NCBI GenBank assembly: GCA_965285935.1
Contig: OZ260667.1
Span: forward strand, 26,226,001 to 26,290,000
DNA length: 64,000 nucleotides
From: Ophelia neglecta
Taxonomy: Eukaryota
Direction: 5' to 3'
Shown: one piece after another, positions 41,689 through 54,360 of the stretch
Position numbering within the stretch: position 1 is the stretch's first letter
Layout of the letters: each line of letters starts with the position of its first letter
The notes under the pieces: generated by a model
Databases searched by the model: none
Told to the model about the DNA's origin: nothing
What the model saw: the letters and a program-made list of their open reading frames with translations, nothing else
Translations under genes and position numbers: made by a program

Positions 41689-41866
41689 GGCCGTTTTCAG
41701 GTTAATACCGGAGGACAGTGTCCACGATCGATCTCATGGATAATTTGATCGTGCTCAACTTAGTTACCGCTGTCGAGTTAATATCGTCGGTAAACTTGGA
41801 TTGTCGGAACTACTCATTTTATCAGGGTTGCTTTATCGCACCCGGCAGAGCACAGAGTATCAATCT
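41689..41866. promoter_or_regulatory. Conserved non-coding element, copy 1 (about 3.9 kb upstream of V2)
   Basis: Gap-free 178-bp alignment to 56037-56214 with about 40 mismatches; no reading frame is open in both copies. Confidence 0.7.
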
Positions 41867-44325
41867 CCTGAGGGCGTTCTCTGAAAATAACAAAGTAAAT
41901 GTGGACCTTGGCTCCGAAGACTAACCGGACAAAACTCCCTGCAAAGCAAAAATCTGATACGAAGTCAATGTAGCACATCAATTAATAATGCAAATGATGC
42001 GATGGTTGCATATACTTCACTTCTGGATAAGCAGATAACCGTTTATCAACTCCAGGGGATGCCAATGATAAAAGTCTTAGTATGAAAATGGCCTGGTGGG
42101 TTTCCTTTAATTCAAATGTCACAAAATCTTGTGCACTTAATCAGACCCATTGTCTTAAACAGCCTACCTGAAATAACACTTCACACTTAGTAAGGGATAA
42201 TGGCCTCAAAGCGATCAGAAACATGCTACATGCGGGTATCATATACCGAGGAGTTGCCGACAAACTTTGTATTTATTTGCTTGATCCCAACATCTACCAC
42301 TAGCTCTCTACGACACGGGAGATACAGAAAGTGAGCAACTGCAGGTGGATATTAAACTTGATTAATGAATATACTTTGTCCTTCGCATTCCCCTCTCGTT
42401 TTATTTATCTTTTCGATCACTATATGATATGAGAGTGTGACGTTCTCACATTTTCCCAATTGACAACCGATTTGTTCAATCGACGGAAAGTGTGTGTATC
42501 ACTGCTATAAGGGAATTTTCAACTGCTCCTTTAGTCGCATGTGTACTGAGACTAGTGTATGTTGTGGTATTTGTATTCTTATGTCATCTTCATAGGAGCT
42601 ATATCCTAATTATTCTCAACGAGGATCAAATACAACCTCGTCCTACACTGACCAACAACTCAGGAATGGCACACATCGTGGAATTATGACGACTGTCACT
42701 GATTACATTTAAATCTCGTTTATATTTCGTCCTCCATGTATAGTTTTTATATGATGAGCAAAACTTTGCAATTGACGTTCCCGGTATATACGTTTCTAAG
42801 TTACCCTGGCTGCAAAGTTCCCCAAATCAAAACTCTAGCAAACGAGACACATATAATTAACTATTGGTTTCCGACCAGGGAACGTTATAATCCAGAGTTT
42901 TCATACCGGATTCCTGCACATACTAAGATTTCTAAATCGATGGACTTTAAATATTAGTGTTCTAAGTCCGGGGTACTCTTGGGTTGAGATTAGTAAATTC
43001 AGACCAATGAGACCTCCCACGGGACTGCCAACCAAATACAGGTACTGTGTATCGAAGAAATAAAAATATTTGTATTGTCTCTCGGATACTTATAAATGTT
43101 TATTTTTATTAAACTTGGGCAAGCAAGCCTTGATAGTAGATACCAAATCGAATATTACTGTCAAGTTTTGTTTGAAGGAAATTGGCTAGACAGATAATTC
43201 CCTCAATTATTGGATGTTTCAATATCATATCATCTCATTTAAAGTTTTTTCTGTCGAGATTTTATTGTAAAATAAACTTCCGAAAAAGCATTCAACTTTC
43301 TGTTGTAAACACTGCAGAGACACACTGCAGTGATCAAGCATGAAAAATGGTCCAAATAGATTGCCGCTTACAAAAAAGGTTAATAACAAGTGGCTTCAAC
43401 GGCGCTCGTCATTTATTATCCAATTATATAACTTGATTGGATGGACAAGATATGGGAGACTGGGTACAATGTGAGAGTCGACAACTGAGATAGGAACGTG
43501 TACTCAAAGGACAATTGTCCGCCTCGATGAGCTATTTGTATCCTTTGTTGTTTTCTTCATCACAATTGATATTTGAGAATTACCATTATGTCCCCGGCAA
43601 CTCGCCCCAAATACAAATAAGCACACCGACCCACAATCTTTGCTTCTATGGTGCGCAATGAAATAAACTGTATTATCCTCTGCATCATTTATTTTATGAA
43701 AAAACAAGTCACTATAATAAACTTACTAAAAATAATGAATATATAAATGACGATCTCGAGTACAACAGACATGATTTCGCTGTTGTTACGTTAAAATGGC
43801 TGTGCGCGGCTTGTAGGAGGGTCTTGGGGTCGGGGGGGGGGGGGGTGCTAGAAGAGATGCCCAAGACTTTCATTTGAAGCAATTATACTTCCAACACTCA
43901 GTTGGAGGTTCCTGATGAACTGATTTAATACTATGAGGCAGAAAAGCACATGCTCTTACATGTGCCCACACAACTTCTGTTCATGACTTACGCAGAGCGT
44001 TTAAAAATAGCTTAGTGTCCATGACAAAAAGTAAATGTCTCCCAAATTGAAACCGATAAGTGTTGAAAGCCAGGTAAAACCCCAAACAACAACAACAACG
44101 ACCAAATTATTATTACTTACAAAATAATATTCACAAAATAGATTGACAGATCAAATAAACATCAGCTCAGTGTGATCAAAATTTACAAACCATCGTATAT
44201 TATTAGAACTCAACAAATACCCGCATGAATGACACTAACCAAAATGAAATTGCTCCAATCGTAAGTCAATTCAACTCAACAAGGGCCAAACATGCATCGC
44301 TATCAAAAAAGGATATATTGAATAT

Positions 44326-45400
44326 ATCATTATTATTATTTGTTTATTTTCCTCAAATGAATGAGAGCATACATAGGTATAACGGTAAGTAAGGATAATC
44401 AAAATAGTAATAGGTTAATAATAGAATACTATTTACCATATCAAACAAGTGTTCATCGTTCACGGTGACTTCATACTATCTAAATAGATTTATATATACG
44501 AGGTAGTATACATCGTGCGGGCATATGGTCCAAATGCACACACAACTACTACGATGAGTTCCTCATAGTTTTTTTCAATTTGTACTAAGTTTGTGCCTAA
44601 CAGGTTTGGTATTAAATCAGGATCGTCACTCAAAGTCTACAATTTTACAAAATCCTTTGTGGACAATAAATTCACTAAAATTATCCCTGACATCAAATAA
44701 ACAGAAACAGCCGGAATCAAAGAACAGGTGAGCTAAAGGGTTGATTATGTTTTTTTGACAAAGTAAACATGAAACATTAAAACATGGATTGTATAGACTG
44801 ATTTGGGGCCTTTTCTTTGCAATCCCATAAAAAGACAAAGCTTGATTGGGAGATTCTTGGTGGACATTAAGAAATGTAGTTAGCCCTGGTTTTGAAAAGC
44901 GACCATCGTCTAATAACAAGGTCTCATGTTTAACCATTGAGGTCCGCACGGTCTGCTTCCACTGTTGTTTAGTAGGTAAGATAGGGAATTGGTTCTGCCG
45001 AGACTGTTCCCAATAGGATGATAGTTCATATTTACTGATCAACCTCTTAATATCGGGTACAAAAAAAACCAATGCGCTCGGCGCTGCATATGTTTCTACG
45101 AGACGGTGTTGAAATATGCGTCCCGCAAGGTGTCTATTTGGATCCAATTAACACAGTTTATGAAAAAACATCAGCTTTTTATAGTCGATCTGTGTTTCTA
45201 AGTGAGTCCAGCCAAGAGCGCCTAGTGCGATCTCTGAATGTGTTCTGGGGACAAAGCCTGAATATTCTTTGCCACATAACGGTGAAGGGCTCCTAGTTCT
45301 TGAATTTCAGACTGGGTAAGGTTCGTCCATAATTATATACTGCAAGGGTAATTTTTTCTTTCAAATTCTTAATAGTTTCATTTGGTTGTATACTTGGATT
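44326..45400 (-). mobile_element. Decayed 5'-truncated non-LTR retrotransposon 3' end (RTE-X-like)
   Basis: Minus-strand translation with a frameshift and stops gives LWTNLTQSEIQEL...KNIQ / RTHSEIALGALGW..LETQIDYKKLMFFHKLC ... PTKQQWK ... CLLC...HLFF..C, typical post-RT and zinc-knuckle sequence. It ends in AATAAA followed by (AAT)n. Confidence 0.7.
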
Positions 45401-48400
45401 AATACGTAAACGGCAACATTCCATGGTATCTGGAGAGTAATGGCGAAGTTCATTATTAATAGTGACCCCCTTTTAATGTTTTGCATTTCATTCCTTTCCG
45501 GATACCACACACGTTGTCCTGTTCCTTCATTGGTTAGATATGCATGTAAACCCACCCGCTACCCGTTCTTAATCAGCCACAAATCCGTGTTACCACAATT
45601 TGACTAACATGATTGAATATCCAGACTTGCCATGTGATATTGCGTGTGAATGGCTAACAGGATCAGGTATCGGGCACTTTGTTCAGCTGTGGCGGAAATT
45701 ACGTATGAATCACATACTTGAAGTATTCGTAGTCAACACGCAGGAAACATTTAAAGGACAAGGTCTATAAATGAGAGTAGCTTCAGTTTATAGCATGGTA
45801 AAACCTGGGCCGTAATCCACACTATATCATCGGCAAACCAGCCAAATGTTGCTGTCCAAATACGTTGTTTTTAAGGGCTGCAGCAGACCCTCGGGTCAGA
45901 GGAATCTGACTTGTGATCAATGATATTGTTCTACCTGACGGGTGTATTTCTTCCCATTTTGGAGAGGACAAAACTGAAATTTTCCATGTTGATCACTTTG
46001 TCTGAACAACCCATCAAGGGATAAGTTCATGTTTGACGCACGCGGTTAACAAATGTTTCTCAACAGACAAACAAATCCATTATACAACAGTATATTTGAC
46101 TAGACAGCTTATCTTTCTCTTTCTCTTCTGCCCGATCGCTGGACATTCACTCTAACCCTTTATTCACAGATAACAAAAGATTGTCGAATGGCGGATTCAA
46201 TAGGAAAAAATTAATGGTACAGTGCGAATCTTATACCAGCTTTTGCTAACATACGTTTATTTCCATATCTTAGAAGAAAGCAAGTGAGAGCCACGACACC
46301 ACGAACATGTCCCCAGTGCGATGGATACACGGATATAAATTAAGAAAAGTGCATAATATGCTTTGTGTAGCAACAAGATTGCAGGCATTGGAGCAGGGTG
46401 CTTCCCAAGAACAACAATTTTGGACAAGAATGGCCAATTTCATCTGACTTCTAAGGTTGAAACGATCAGGAATCATAGCACTGCGATGACTTAACTCTTT
46501 TTCCTTCAACTTTAATGCCTGTTCTTTCAGCTCAGGTGTGAAAGGCTAGATGTCCTACGGGCAGACTCAGTGTCTATATGGACAATCTGTGCTTAAAAAA
46601 GTTGTGGATACGATGTCATATGACTCTTGAGCCTGGACTGACTGTCCGTAGGAAATTTACATCGTCCTCGCCACCTAGAATGATTTTTTTGCTTCTTATC
46701 AATTGGAGCTTAGATATCCGCAAAAGACAGTCGATTGGAACGGAAACTACAACGGAACGATCCCAGACGTATTACACTCGAACGATTACTGAGACATGCG
46801 TCCCATAGAATAAAGATATGATAAGAAGTGTTCGATGACCATTTCCCCCCGATCTTATTCAATGTGTCTTAGAAAAACAGATAATTTTGCTCAGTAACAG
46901 CAGTGACTGTGTTATGGAGATTCAAAGCCAAGTTTAACAACAGTTTCATTTAAACTTTGTCCTTTAACGGGTTCTAGATAACCGGTAGACAAACCAAACT
47001 GCTGATCAAGAAGAATCAATTAAATCGGTCCTAAAAGAGTTAATATATTTAGAAAACGATGATTCATTGTCAAACAACGTTTGACTGTCTCTCGCTGCAT
47101 AGCGCAATTGGTCGATATATTTAAAGGGTCGGACTTGATGTGTTGATCGGTAGTTACTCCAAGAAACTGAATCGACCTCTGGCAATGTGCATTTGACCTG
47201 CTACAATTAACCCGTCGAATGTGTCGAGAGTGTTTCATTGATGGGACGAACAAGTCATTGCATAATTATTATTCAAATTGTACCCCCCCCCCCCCCCCCC
47301 CCCGACCGTATAGGATATAATGATAATCTGGTCGAATATATGTGTGGCACAGTGTGAATAACAGAATAAAACTAGAACAAATGAGACCACCATGGACTGG
47401 ATAAACAGTCAGTTTATGGAGGTACTATTGCCGCTTAATATGAAAACGAAGGCAACCCAACACCTTTACTGATTAAGCAAAACTATTCTACTCTAAATTC
47501 CTAACAACAGTGAAATGGTGCAGTTGCATCTGACTGATTCCAAAGAGGCACGTGATATTGCGTGTGCTTCCAACGCCACGTTGAAAATATGACGTTGATT
47601 AATTATATGATCAGACGCTTTAGGTAAAATTGGACTAAACCGCTTTGTAGAAAGAATTTCAGTACCTCTTTGGAACAATCAGATCTTACGAAACGTCTCT
47701 ATTTTGATACCAAGCCAATTGAATTAACGTAGAAATTATTAGACGAAAGTATTGTTGTGGGACAGAGAGTCCCGGGAAGAGATACGGGAAATACGGATGA
47801 AATGCGTGCAAACATCGTACATTGCTTCTTGCAAATAATTACTACTTTCAAACTACTGAGTCCTTATAGGCCAGTTGGGAACACTGAACAAGGAACAATG
47901 GTATGATGTTAGTAATTAGTCTGATTTGAATCCAATCCTATTTTAGCTTTTTCTAATATGCGCCCGGGCGAACACTGGGGTTCCCGTGCAGTTAACATGA
48001 AGTGCCTGGCTTTACTGTTCACATCAATGCAGTCATGTGTATAAACTCCAAAAGGTAAATAAAAAAACATTTAGAATATAGAAAATGTTAGGGGTCGTAT
48101 CTGCTGGTTTTTTCGTATTACGCAAGATTTAAGGCGTAATACGTTGGAAAAGCATCGGAATAAAAGCCAAAGTCGAATATAATTAGATTGAATGAGTAAG
48201 TAAGAGCCTTTTTTGGGCAGCTTATATGTTATGGAATTGATTAAATAGCATTTTTTTATTTAGCGTTCGCCAATGCTTGATAAAATGTTGAGTTACTTTA
48301 AGGAAGAATTTGTCCCAAATGACTCATTTTTAGATACGGAACACTTAATAAGTTACCAGGTGACCGTTTCTGTTGATTATTAAACCACACCTCGCCCTGC

Positions 48401-51400
48401 TCATATCCCCAGGGTTTCTTATGTGCAGTGAGCTGACGCATAGTCGGGAAAGCTGTTACCATTAGTAACAATTCACCAGATGAAAAGGGCCCCTGAGTCG
48501 CTTACTCTATTTCTACTGAACTGAAAATGCAACGGTGGAGCAATCGTTTTAAACTGACGAAGGGCTGCAGACCGGATGGTTGAGCACGGGCCTTCATGAC
48601 ATCACCTTAGGGCAAATCCCTTGTCGCGAAAATTCAGACACGGGCAACTTCAGCATCATTTTTCACTTCCAGTTGCGTGCAGCTTTTCTGCCAGACTATT
48701 TCGTTAGAATACAGGTTCTTAAAAACCGGCGTTTTGAGCCTCATTTCAAATAAATTAACTCTGAAATAGTCAACAAAATTCTGTATGCTATATATGAAAT
48801 CAAAGGCGTTGGTTACGTGCTCGGGGCTGATTATTCGGTCAATTATGATGCTAAAATATTTCCAAGGAGCCAATAGATTGAGATGTTTCGTGCCAAAAAA
48901 TGCACTTTTCCAAACCTAGGAAAATTAAATTGCATCTAGCAGTGTATACAATACTTCATAAATCCGAATGACTACAGAAACAACGTCACGTCATTTATAT
49001 CATAGCTGAACAGTTATTACATTGTATTTTGTATTTTAAGTAAATGGTAATGGGATAACATGGGAATGCAATGAAAAGGTAAAATCTCTTTTACTAATCC
49101 TAATCCTCATTTCAAAGAAACGACAAGGTTGTGGTTTTAATTGATAAACTATTAATGATATCCATTAATTGTATCCTAAATTTCTTGGCCTTAAACATGA
49201 CACGGACAAGCAAGTTCGGGGTCATAGTAAAACTGCCCTCAAAGCAATAAGATAAGGTGTATGACAGGGGACTGCCCTTCACCGTTTATTCACAAGCGTA
49301 TTTCGTATAAAGCACCGATGATTGAGTGATTTGTAGAGAAAGGCTTTTTTTTCATTTTTACAAGTGAAAAGGGTGAAACCAAACAAATATACAAAACCAA
49401 ACTTAACTTACAGCTGCAACCTCGAATTGCATTGTCGTCTCATCTATGACATTAGATAAAAACCTGCCATCCTCCCAAACGTGTCTGTTTGAAGAAGCGT
49501 TACAGTGTTTGGAGTATATATTAACTAAATATTTATGTTGAGGTATCGATTAAGACGTTCGGGTATCATGAACGTGTTATTTACTTATATCTTTAGCTTG
49601 AAGATTTAAAAATGTCGGTAATCTCACACCTTTGTGGATTAACTTTTTAACACAAATGTTCACGCTGGGTGGTGTCTGTCACAGAAACAATCCATGTATC
49701 ACAATCGTCAATGTAAATTATATTAATCTCATTGTGGACACACACCTGATCTATTACTATGTTTTAGCTCGTGAAATACAACTGGGGCCTGAAAGTGAAA
49801 TTACAGGAAACAGGTTGCAATTTAGAAGACAACTATGATTGATACATTAAAAAACCATTCTTAGCTTTAAGTACACGTCATTCAGATGAAAGACAGCACT
49901 AAAATTAGGATGGAGGACAGCCTTCTCTACCCACCAACTGAAAGATGACAGATCACATGCATACTGTTCTTGACCCAGACTTGCATTGAGCCAGCTCATA
50001 CACAGTAAGAGCAAAAAAGGCCGGCGTATAACTGAAGTTCGGCTACTTGACCTTTCAGGAACGCCAACAGACTAATTAGTATGCCCAGCTTTATCCTCTA
50101 ACTCTTACCAATTCATAGTTTTGGTGCTCTTTCGAAAGACCAATGTAATTTCTGTCCAAAATGGTAATTGATTGGCTGACTGATTTCAGCGGGTAAGCTT
50201 GTTTCTTCAAATATTTTCATGATGAATGCGCAAATAATTGTCTACACATCTTACCGCTTATTCCGCTAAGCAAAATGTTTGTTGCTCTCATTGTACTCAA
50301 AATATTGTTCTTTAGTTGCATAGAGCTTTGCTATGAAGCTTACAAGAGGTCACGATAGTTCAGTAACAGAATACCGAGGTACAGAAACAAAGCTTGAACC
50401 TAATGTGCCAAGCATCGTGTCGACAAAATGTTCGATCAAATTTCATATTTGCTTTGTTGCCGGTGTGGTATTATTATGAAAATCTTTCTCATAATACCGA
50501 ATCGGAGTTGAACTCAAAGAATATATATGATTTATAACTTATCCACTTCCTGCTGCTGGCCTGCTGATTGAGACACCACCTATCATGCGTGTTTACCTCG
50601 ATGACTGTCCTCCTAGTGGTTGCAGCCAAACAAGTCTGTTTGATAATAAGTGGCTGTCAAGGATTTAAGGTCGATTGATGAAGGGTACATTGATCCCAAC
50701 AAAAAATGGCTAATGCTTCAGAGCACACAAAAACATCTACCAACCACAAGCAGACTACCGAACTGATTGCTCAATCGAAAGAGGAGTAGGAGGTTTTTCA
50801 ATGTATCCCTTACTGCCTCAAAGGGTCATTGGTGTAATTCAACTCAAGAATTTTTTCTCAAAGCAAAGAAATCATGATACTTATTTAAATGTATTTGGCT
50901 TGATTTATTAATTCAAACAATAATCTTTTTGCTTCTTTCATGAGCAATTGCTATTAGACCAAACAGCATCCATTTTAAGACTAAAGTGTCTGTGGTTTGG
51001 AAGATGATCGTTTGCTGTATAGTATAAACATATTATAACTGGTGCACTTAAATAGATATAAGGTTATTCATTAAGGTCACCACCTTAATAGAATGATGAA
51101 TTAAGAGTGTTTATATTGTCAGCAGGTAAATTTAGAATCCACAAATACTAGGATAAGGTTGGTGTGTGAATGTGCCATGAAACGCAGTAGTCAGTGAATA
51201 ATATTGACTTAGGGTGATGGCTGACTGAGGGCCAAAACAATTCCTGAGGCAAAAACCTGAGGCCAAAACAATTCGATAATGCTATGTACTGACCAACAAC
51301 TTTCCTGTCAGAACAAGTAGTATCTGTAGGTTGAACCCTGTGAAGGGATAGGTTTGTACATAGTACGGTTATTTCGTCTTGTAGTGTTGAGGAATACCGG

Positions 51401-52041
51401 GAGGGAGTTCAAACAACATACGCATAAATGTATCTCCGTTATATATTAAGTTGCTTGACCTGCTGGTGCCGTTATAACCGCCTGGCATCTTTACCAATTT
51501 TACCCTATCCATAATACGATAGCCTTTCTAAACGCACAATGGAAATGGCAAAATATAAATGTGCAGTATAACTGATAATAGACCTATAGATATTGTAGTG
51601 ATTTACATGTTTATAGGTGAACTCAAGCACACTGGTGAGAAGTTAACCCCATGAGAAACCCATTCGGTTACTCCATTGTGTCCTTCCCTAATAGTGATTA
51701 GAGTGACATTAAATCATACGTTAGACACTCTCTCGTGTACCCACGAGCAATGAGATGTGGCAATTGACAGCGAGAGAGCCCTCATTAAACTGGTTGAGCT
51801 ACACACAAGCGGCCGGGGAATTGTTTCATCTGCCTCGTGTGCTAATGAAGACAAACAAGGGACCAGACGATAAACTATCTCTCCAAATCTACTTGTTCAC
51901 GACAAATGACTATTTACTGTGGTGAAATGATTACGGCGCTTGGTTAGCAGGATTTATTGCAACATTAATTGCACGGTTTGGCAAAGGCTTTCAGTCATAT
52001 GAACTGAAGACCGGTGATAATGGACAATTTAGGAAACTTAC

Positions 52042-52232
52042 CAAGGGAATGCTGTACCAGCGACCCAGTAAGGAAAGCCTGCTGGCTCGGCCTGAAATCC
52101 CATCGACGAGTTCTCCGAAGGTGACATCGACTGTCCGTCCACTGCGGTTATGGTAAACGACAGAACCTTAAATACGACGGCCGAGGCGACTATAAGCAAC
52201 GGTTTAAACATCCGTGCATATTTCTGAAGCAT
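52042..52232 (-). CDS. Variable signal-peptide exon V3 (MLQKYARMF...VDG/Q...EPAGFPYWVAGTAFP-C)
   Basis: 38 of 63 aa identical to V2 without gaps. The terminal 12-aa motif differs from V2 only at synonymous sites. TG|gtaagt donor. Confidence 0.82.
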
Positions 52233-53699
52233 ATTGTTACTGGATTCCAACGACGTTTACGAGGAAAAAAGTGTTTCGGCCAAGTATAACAATAGAATAT
52301 CAGAAGACTGTCAGAACCCTTAATCAATAAATCTTGTGCAGTCGACCAAAAACTGCCGCAAAACAGAACGTCGTATATGAGGAAAAATTAACCATCTGCC
52401 ATCATTATCATGTCCCCCACTACTGTGAATTACTAGATATATGTCAACATTAGTCGGCTAATTATTCGGCGATACCCCACAGCCGGACGGGGCACACATG
52501 CCGATATATCTGACATCCCAGCACAGTCCAGGTGAACGCGTTGTAGTTACTCCTAAGTTTATCCTTTATTCTGCGTAAACCAACACACATGTAAGCGATC
52601 AACTTGACCAATACAAACTGAGCAGAAACTAGCTCTCTATATAATAAAAACCACTGAGTACTTCTGCCTCTAATTGAATCTTGCTGTCCACGGTAGCAGT
52701 TCGCTCAGAGTGAGAGCGATTGCCGGAGCCGTTGTCTTATACTGCAATGGGGTGCAGATCAATATACGATGGACGGAGACACACCAGTAGCACGTTACAC
52801 AGGACGACCCCTACTATCACAGCTAAATCTTCAACTCGTGCATTCGCCCAAATGTATGACACATATGATGATCATCTATAGAATGATTTTTTGTTATGTT
52901 TCATTGAAACCGTACTTATGATGTTCAGGGTAGGATAAAATGCTATCCCAGCATTAAGTCGTAGATTATTCCAATGAGAAACAACGTAATAGCTCAAAGT
53001 GCTTCAACGTTATAATAATCCATTTTTGAAACAAGCAGGTATGCCATTTCGAAAGGACGATGGAAGATGTACATAAAATGCCTATTTTATACAAGTGAAA
53101 GCGGTGGAGATTTGAAATGAAACATCTCACCCTGCAGCCGGCGAGCATTTGTTTTCATTGCCCGGGCTTCAGGGATACACCACCCAAATACGCAACAACT
53201 GATCACTTGGCATTATTTACCCCACAAGAAAGATATGTTTTATAGGGAACAAAAACAATTCTAGAATATAAATGTATAAGCCAGTGTTCTTGTTTATGCC
53301 ACTTGTAGGATATCGTTCAAATTATTTCAAAGCATGTTATTGCATTTCGGTCTTCTGCCAACTTGTAAATTATATCCCATCGTAATATCAGGCGAGTAAT
53401 GGCAGTCGATTGATGAGGAATGGTGGATGAAGTGGTGGTTTTCCCATCTCTGACAGGCTAATTGGAAACAACACATATAATAGTGTTAGTACCATGATTA
53501 TGTTGCATTACGACTCATTTGTCATTAGTAACGGCATTGATTACCGCAATAAATGACAGTTGATATCCTGAAGACAAACGAGGCCCAACTCTATATAATG
53601 AGGGACGACGATGGGAATATCCCCGTCTGAAACAAGTGTGGCCAGCAATTCCAGTAGAATGTAAGAATAATATACCTTACACGCATGCTTTTTTATCTA

Positions 53700-54360
53700 C
53701 ACACACGATGAACGGAGACCACCAGTGTCTTGGATAGACATTAAACATGACATAATGACCGGAAGATACGGAAGTCCCTGGACAGGCAGACCCATGACAT
53801 AATGCAAAGACGCTGGAGAGAAAAACTCGTGACATAATGAACGGACGGAATGAAAGACTTGGAGACACATAAACATGACATAGTGAACGGCTCATACAAT
53901 AGTCTCTGGACAGACATAAATTTAAGATAATGAATAGAAAATACGAAAGTTGCTGGACGGACATAATCATTACATAACAAACGAAGAATACGAAAAGCCT
54001 GGAGAGACAGAAGGCTGATATAATGAACGGATAATACGAAAGTCCCTGGACAGATATAAACATAAGAAAATGAATGGAAAATACGAACGTCCTCGGATGG
54101 ACATAAACATGACACAACAAACGAAGAATACGAAAGGCCTGGAGAGACATTAGAATGACATAATGAACGGCTAATACCAAAGTCCCTGGACAGAAATGTC
54201 CATGACACAATGAACGGGGGATAGGAAAGTCACTGAACAGGGATGACATACTAAACGGGGATACGAAAGTCGCCGGATAGACATGAACTTGACAACAAGA
54301 ACGAAGGAAACAAATGTCCTGAGTACCCATAAAGGGATAAAACGAACGGAGGATACGACA
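53700..54360. repeat. Degenerate tandem repeat, about 40-47-bp unit (atgacataatgaacgg..aatacgaaagtccctggacagacataaac)
   Basis: More than ten diverged copies; explains the overlapping 248-aa and 155-aa ORFs. Confidence 0.88.

Noticed and set aside
50109-50151. Possible 43-nt minus-strand exon; other TG|gtaag donors near 35799 and 58698
   Set aside because: Frame-incompatible, preceded by in-frame stops, or lacking an acceptor; no similarity to V exons.
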